Source: Promethearchaeum syntrophicum (GTDB lineage: Archaea; Asgardarchaeota; Lokiarchaeia; Sigyniarchaeales; Promethearchaeaceae). From it: a stretch of DNA of 32,000 nucleotides. A program made the translations under genes and the position numbers. The notes under the pieces were generated by a model. It did not search any database. It worked only from the letters and a program-made list of their open reading frames with translations, and was not told the origin of the DNA. Every line of letters starts with the position of its first letter. The stretch's first letter is position 1. This document shows, one piece after another, positions 28,623-32,000 of the stretch. The stretch covers positions 3,000,001-3,032,000 of the forward strand of contig NZ_CP042905.2 in the NCBI RefSeq assembly GCF_008000775.2, written 5' to 3'.

Positions 28623-30296
28623 TTGAATAGTGGCATAACTAAAATTGAAAATACAACACCGGAAGAAGAATTCACAATCATTATTGACATTGGAGAGGGA
28701 AATACAAAAGTCGGGTTTGCTGGAGATGAGAAGCCAATAATGTTTCCGACTGTTGTAGGAAAACCAAAGTATAGACAAACCATGATGACAGGTGTTAACG
28801 CCCAAGAGATTTACGTTGGGGAAGATACAACAAAAATGCGGGGAGTTCTCAAAATTGCTCATCCAATTAAGCGGGGAACAGTAATGGATTGGGATAATTA
28901 TTATGCTATATTAAATCACATATTCTTTGACACCTTGCGAGTAGATGCAAAAAAATGCAATGTCATTTATCTGGTGCCCCCCTTAACAAACCCCGAAACG
29001 TACCAATATTTTGCCAAAGTTTTATTTGAAACTCACCAAGTTAAATCTGTAGCAATAATTGATACTGCAACCACATCAGTATTTTCTATTGGGGAAACAA
29101 CGGGATTATCTATTGAGATTGGGTGTGGATTATGCACTATTTGTCCAGTAATGGATGGAAAAATCTTTGGTCCAAGCGTTCAAAAACTTAATTTAGCGGG
29201 AATGGATGTCGAGGATTATTTAGAAAAGTTGCTAACTCAGTACGGAATCTTTCAAAAGAGGGAGATTATCCAAGATATTAAAGAAAGAACCTTAAAAATT
29301 GCAATGGATCCTAATGCGGCTTCTCAAGATCCTTCTTTCAATGTGAAATATTTACTCCCTGATGGAGAAAAATTGGAGTTAAGTTCTTACTTCATAATTA
29401 TGGCAGGGGAAATTATTTTTAACCCAATTTTAGTGGGAATTAGTGGTAGGAGTATACAAAGTGCAATTATTGATTCTCTTCGTGCGACAGATCCTAATTA
29501 TTGGAGACAATTACTTCAAAAGATTGTATTGTCAGGAGGAACTTCCTACATTAGTGGATTAAAGGACAGGTTGGAAGCTGAAATAAAAAAAAACCTAGTT
29601 GAACTAGGAGATTTACCTCCTATTGTTGATGAGACAACAAATATTCTAGTACCAGAACCAGTAAATGGAAATTCATCTTCCTTAGAAGATTCAACTTCTA
29701 TGGTGCAAATTCTGGGAAAAGAAAGTAAACCAGAAAATTGTTCACGATGTGGCGAATTATTAGAGAAAGGAAGTGATTTTTGTCAATCTTGTGGACAGCA
29801 TGTGGATCAAAAACAAATTGAAATATTAGGTGCAACACATTCATCATATCCTACAATATGTTCAAAATGTTTTCAAAAATTAGATGGGATAATTTCAGTC
29901 TGCCCTTATTGTAATAATAAATTAAAACCTATAATCTCTGAAGATAAATTAGATCGTAAAGAAAAGAAACTTTTAAAGAAAACCTCTGTTTCTGAAAAGG
30001 AATTGAAAGAATTATCATTACAAGTGGAAAGTGAATATGGTGGCTTTGATGAATTAGAAGAAATTAATGAGAAAAAACCTCCACTTATCGGTAAGCTAAA
30101 TATAAAAGTCCCTAAAAAGGATCCAGAAGAAATAGTTCAAATTGTGTTACATGATGATAGATTTTACGCTGCTTTTAAAGGCGCTTCAGTTTTAGGGTCT
30201 TTACCAAGTTTCAAGCCCTTTTTGGTTGATAAAGCCACTTTTGATGCAAATCCAGATGCTTGTAAGGTTGACTTTTATTCTATCATTAATCAATAA
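28623..30296 (+). CDS. Actin-fold (actin/Arp-like) protein with two zinc ribbons inserted near the C-terminus (TTG start)
   Basis: IDIGEGNTKVGFAGDEKPIMFPTVVGKPK (cf. [28 protein letters not shown]), YVGEDTTKMRGVLKIAHPIKRGTVMDWDNYYAILNHIFFDTLRV, LNLAGMDVEDYLEKLLTQYG, IVLSGGTSYISGLKDRLEAEI; zinc ribbons CSRCGELLEKGSDFCQSCG (~29739-29792) and CSKCFQKLDGIISVCPYC (~29859-29912); the actin C-terminal strand resumes after the insert. Confidence 0.92.
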   Translation: MNSGITKIENTTPEEEFTIIIDIGEGNTKVGFAGDEKPIMFPTVVGKPKYRQTMMTGVNAQEIYVGEDTTKMRGVLKIAHPIKRGTVMDWDNYYAILNHIFFDTLRVDAKKCNVIYLVPPLTNPETYQYFAKVLFETHQVKSVAIIDTATTSVFSIGETTGLSIEIGCGLCTICPVMDGKIFGPSVQKLNLAGMDVEDYLEKLLTQYGIFQKREIIQDIKERTLKIAMDPNAASQDPSFNVKYLLPDGEKLELSSYFIIMAGEIIFNPILVGISGRSIQSAIIDSLRATDPNYWRQLLQKIVLSGGTSYISGLKDRLEAEIKKNLVELGDLPPIVDETTNILVPEPVNGNSSSLEDSTSMVQILGKESKPENCSRCGELLEKGSDFCQSCGQHVDQKQIEILGATHSSYPTICSKCFQKLDGIISVCPYCNNKLKPIISEDKLDRKEKKLLKKTSVSEKELKELSLQVESEYGGFDELEEINEKKPPLIGKLNIKVPKKDPEEIVQIVLHDDRFYAAFKGASVLGSLPSFKPFLVDKATFDANPDACKVDFYSIINQ

Positions 30297-30412
30297 TTAA
30301 ATTAACACTATTTTCTGTATCAATATTTTTTTAATATTTGTTTAATTATTTTGCTACAGAAAATGAATTCCTTCAATTTATGAAAGGTTATAATAGGAAA
30401 GGTTTTAGAAAA

Positions 30413-31561
30413 ATGAAACAACGACATAATATTTTAGCATTTTTATTCTTATCAGTACTAATAATATCCTCATTCGATTATTCGGTGGCGACATCACGAA
30501 AAGATTTACTTGAAGACTTTTGCATTTCCAATCAAACAGCAACGGGCGGTTTTATGGATTTTAATAATGGAACTGCAGATACAATTTCAGAATTTACATC
30601 TTATGCGAATTTGTTCATTCTTAATGAAATAGATCCAAATTTAGAAAAAATTGATAAATCTAAAGCGGAATTTTGGGGTATTGACAGATTAAATGATTTC
30701 ACATCAACAACGGGCACTGAAAAAAGTATCCCCGATGCTTACTATGCTTTAGGAATTTTAGTTTATCTAAATGCGACAGCTAATGAAAATTCAACACTTA
30801 ATGATGCAATTACAAAGATGAATGGTTTTTATAATGAAACCAGTCATGGGTATAATGGAGAAAATAGCCCCATTTCAACATTAAGTGATACTTATTATGC
30901 AATCGAATTTCTTGAAAGAGCCGAAAGTCTTTCCTATTCTACCAACTCAACTGAAATAGCATCTTTTGTATTATCATGCTGGGATAGTGAAGACAATGCT
31001 TTTGCGGGAAGTCCTGGAGGCTATGCAAATCCGATTGATTCATATTTTGCTATTCAAAGCTTAAAAAGGCTTGATAAATTGGACCTTTTTAATCAAAAAG
31101 AAGAATTAAGCGATTTTATTGATGAATTCTACTGTGATGATCCTGTTTTTGAAGCTCATAATGGAGGATACTCACATACACAGAATTCACCTTCATCTAG
31201 CTCATTAATGATGACATATTATTGCGTTAGTCTCCAAAACACATTAAATTCTTCAAAATTACATAATGAAACAACTCTTAATTGGATTTTATCCCGTCAA
31301 AGCCCTTATGATTTCGGATTCAATGATTATTCGAGTACTTCTAGTATTGAATATTCTTCTGCAAAATTATCATATTTTGCTATTCGATCAATCTTAATCT
31401 TTGAAGAAGATGCACTTGGAGATAGAAACAGCGATTTAATGAATGAAGAACTTTGGAATTTATCCACAAGTGGATGGATAATTGCTGGCATTGTATTAAT
31501 ATGTATAGGATTAGCTGCACTCGCAGGATATGGTATTTATCGATATAAAAATCGGATTTAA
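30413..31561 (+). CDS. Secreted/membrane-anchored prenyltransferase/squalene-oxidase-barrel-like repeat protein (called ORF starts at 30338; Met at 30413 gives the signal peptide)
   Basis: N-terminal signal peptide MKQRHNILAFLFLSVLIISS; repeats such as TATGGFMDFNNGTADTISEFTSYANLFIL, NETSHGYNGENSPISTLSDTYYAIEFL, SPGGYANPIDSYFAIQSLKRL, NGGYSHTQNSPSSSSLMMTYYCVSLQ; C-terminal TM helix WIIAGIVLICIGLAALAGYGIY plus basic tail. Confidence 0.65.
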   Translation: MKQRHNILAFLFLSVLIISSFDYSVATSRKDLLEDFCISNQTATGGFMDFNNGTADTISEFTSYANLFILNEIDPNLEKIDKSKAEFWGIDRLNDFTSTTGTEKSIPDAYYALGILVYLNATANENSTLNDAITKMNGFYNETSHGYNGENSPISTLSDTYYAIEFLERAESLSYSTNSTEIASFVLSCWDSEDNAFAGSPGGYANPIDSYFAIQSLKRLDKLDLFNQKEELSDFIDEFYCDDPVFEAHNGGYSHTQNSPSSSSLMMTYYCVSLQNTLNSSKLHNETTLNWILSRQSPYDFGFNDYSSTSSIEYSSAKLSYFAIRSILIFEEDALGDRNSDLMNEELWNLSTSGWIIAGIVLICIGLAALAGYGIYRYKNRI

Positions 31562-31593
31562 AAAAATTTTTTCTGTTTTTTCAAATTACTACA

Positions 31594-32000
31594 TTACACT
31601 TCTTTTTTGATAAATCTCTTTATATATGCTGCCATTATCATCTCTTCTTTTTGTAAAAATTTTCGTAAAACATCACGAATATAATCCGGATCATATCTTT
31701 CATTCCTGTTGTTTGACATTTCAAGATATCCTGATCCGCGTTGTAAATAATCTGAAGAAGCGACCGAATACCATTTACATTCATCCAAAGGTTCATCATC
31801 TATAGTTATCGAGTTGATTCGACAAAAATTTTCAGATTCTGAATTCAAATAGATTCTTACATTACTGGATACAGCAATATTTCCCAGATATTTCCCCCTA
31901 AATCCCGCCCCACTACCGTCTTGCATTTGAATTTCTTCAATTAATGATTTTTCTAATGTTTTTCGTATATCTATTCCCTTAATTTCAAAATAGGTTGGAT
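31594..32000 (-). CDS. 5'-nucleotidase C-terminal-domain-like protein, partial (open at right edge)
   Basis: The minus frame stays open past the called Met: QPYFEIKGIDIRKTLEKSLIEEIQMQDGSGAGFRGKYLG...INSITIDDEPLDECKWYSVASSDYLQRGSGY resembles the 5'-nucleotidase C-terminal pattern (G..L...LE.S; I..I...G.PLD....Y.VA..DYL..G..GY). Confidence 0.55.
   Translation of the reverse strand, partial: PTYFEIKGIDIRKTLEKSLIEEIQMQDGSGAGFRGKYLGNIAVSSNVRIYLNSESENFCRINSITIDDEPLDECKWYSVASSDYLQRGSGYLEMSNNRNERYDPDYIRDVLRKFLQKEEMIMAAYIKRFIKKEV

Noticed and set aside
29604-30086. The non-actin segment being a separate gene or frameshift artefact
   Set aside because: The frame is continuous with no stop, the zinc ribbons are intact and the actin C-terminal motif resumes in the same frame.
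1-32000. CRISPR arrays, transposons or phage modules
   Set aside because: No regularly spaced direct repeats, Cas genes, transposase, integrase or structural phage genes were recognised.

Overview
This AT-rich window most likely comes from an Asgard (Lokiarchaeia-like) archaeon. That assignment is an inference from a very actin-like protein, archaeal XPF-type nuclease genes and an Hdr-based redox cluster; there is no rRNA here to confirm it. From left to right it contains: the 3' part of an acetyl-CoA hydrolase/transferase; a six-gene redox cluster (HdrC-like, orphan NiFe-hydrogenase small-subunit-like, HdrA-MvhD fusion, HydB/FlxB-like ferredoxin, HydG/FlxA-like flavoprotein, TPR-HdrB fusion); a secreted caspase-like peptidase with duplicated PPC/Ig-like modules; a small secreted protein; two wHTH regulators; a thioredoxin-like protein; tRNA-Phe(GAA); an acyl-CoA dehydrogenase; a methyltransferase; an MFS transporter; two hybrid histidine kinases flanking slipin and HPS/OMPDC-like genes; a CPBP protease; a head-to-head pair of XPF-like genes, one with the nuclease motif and one without; a ModE-like HTH protein; an actin-fold protein with two zinc ribbons inserted near its C-terminus; a secreted prenyltransferase-barrel-like protein; and a partial 5'-nucleotidase C-terminal domain at the right edge. 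The strongest leads are the zinc-ribbon-inserted actin homologue, the active/degenerate XPF-like pair (an ERCC1/XPF-like arrangement), and the Hdr cluster with a hydrogenase small subunit but no large subunit. No CRISPR array or transposon was seen.
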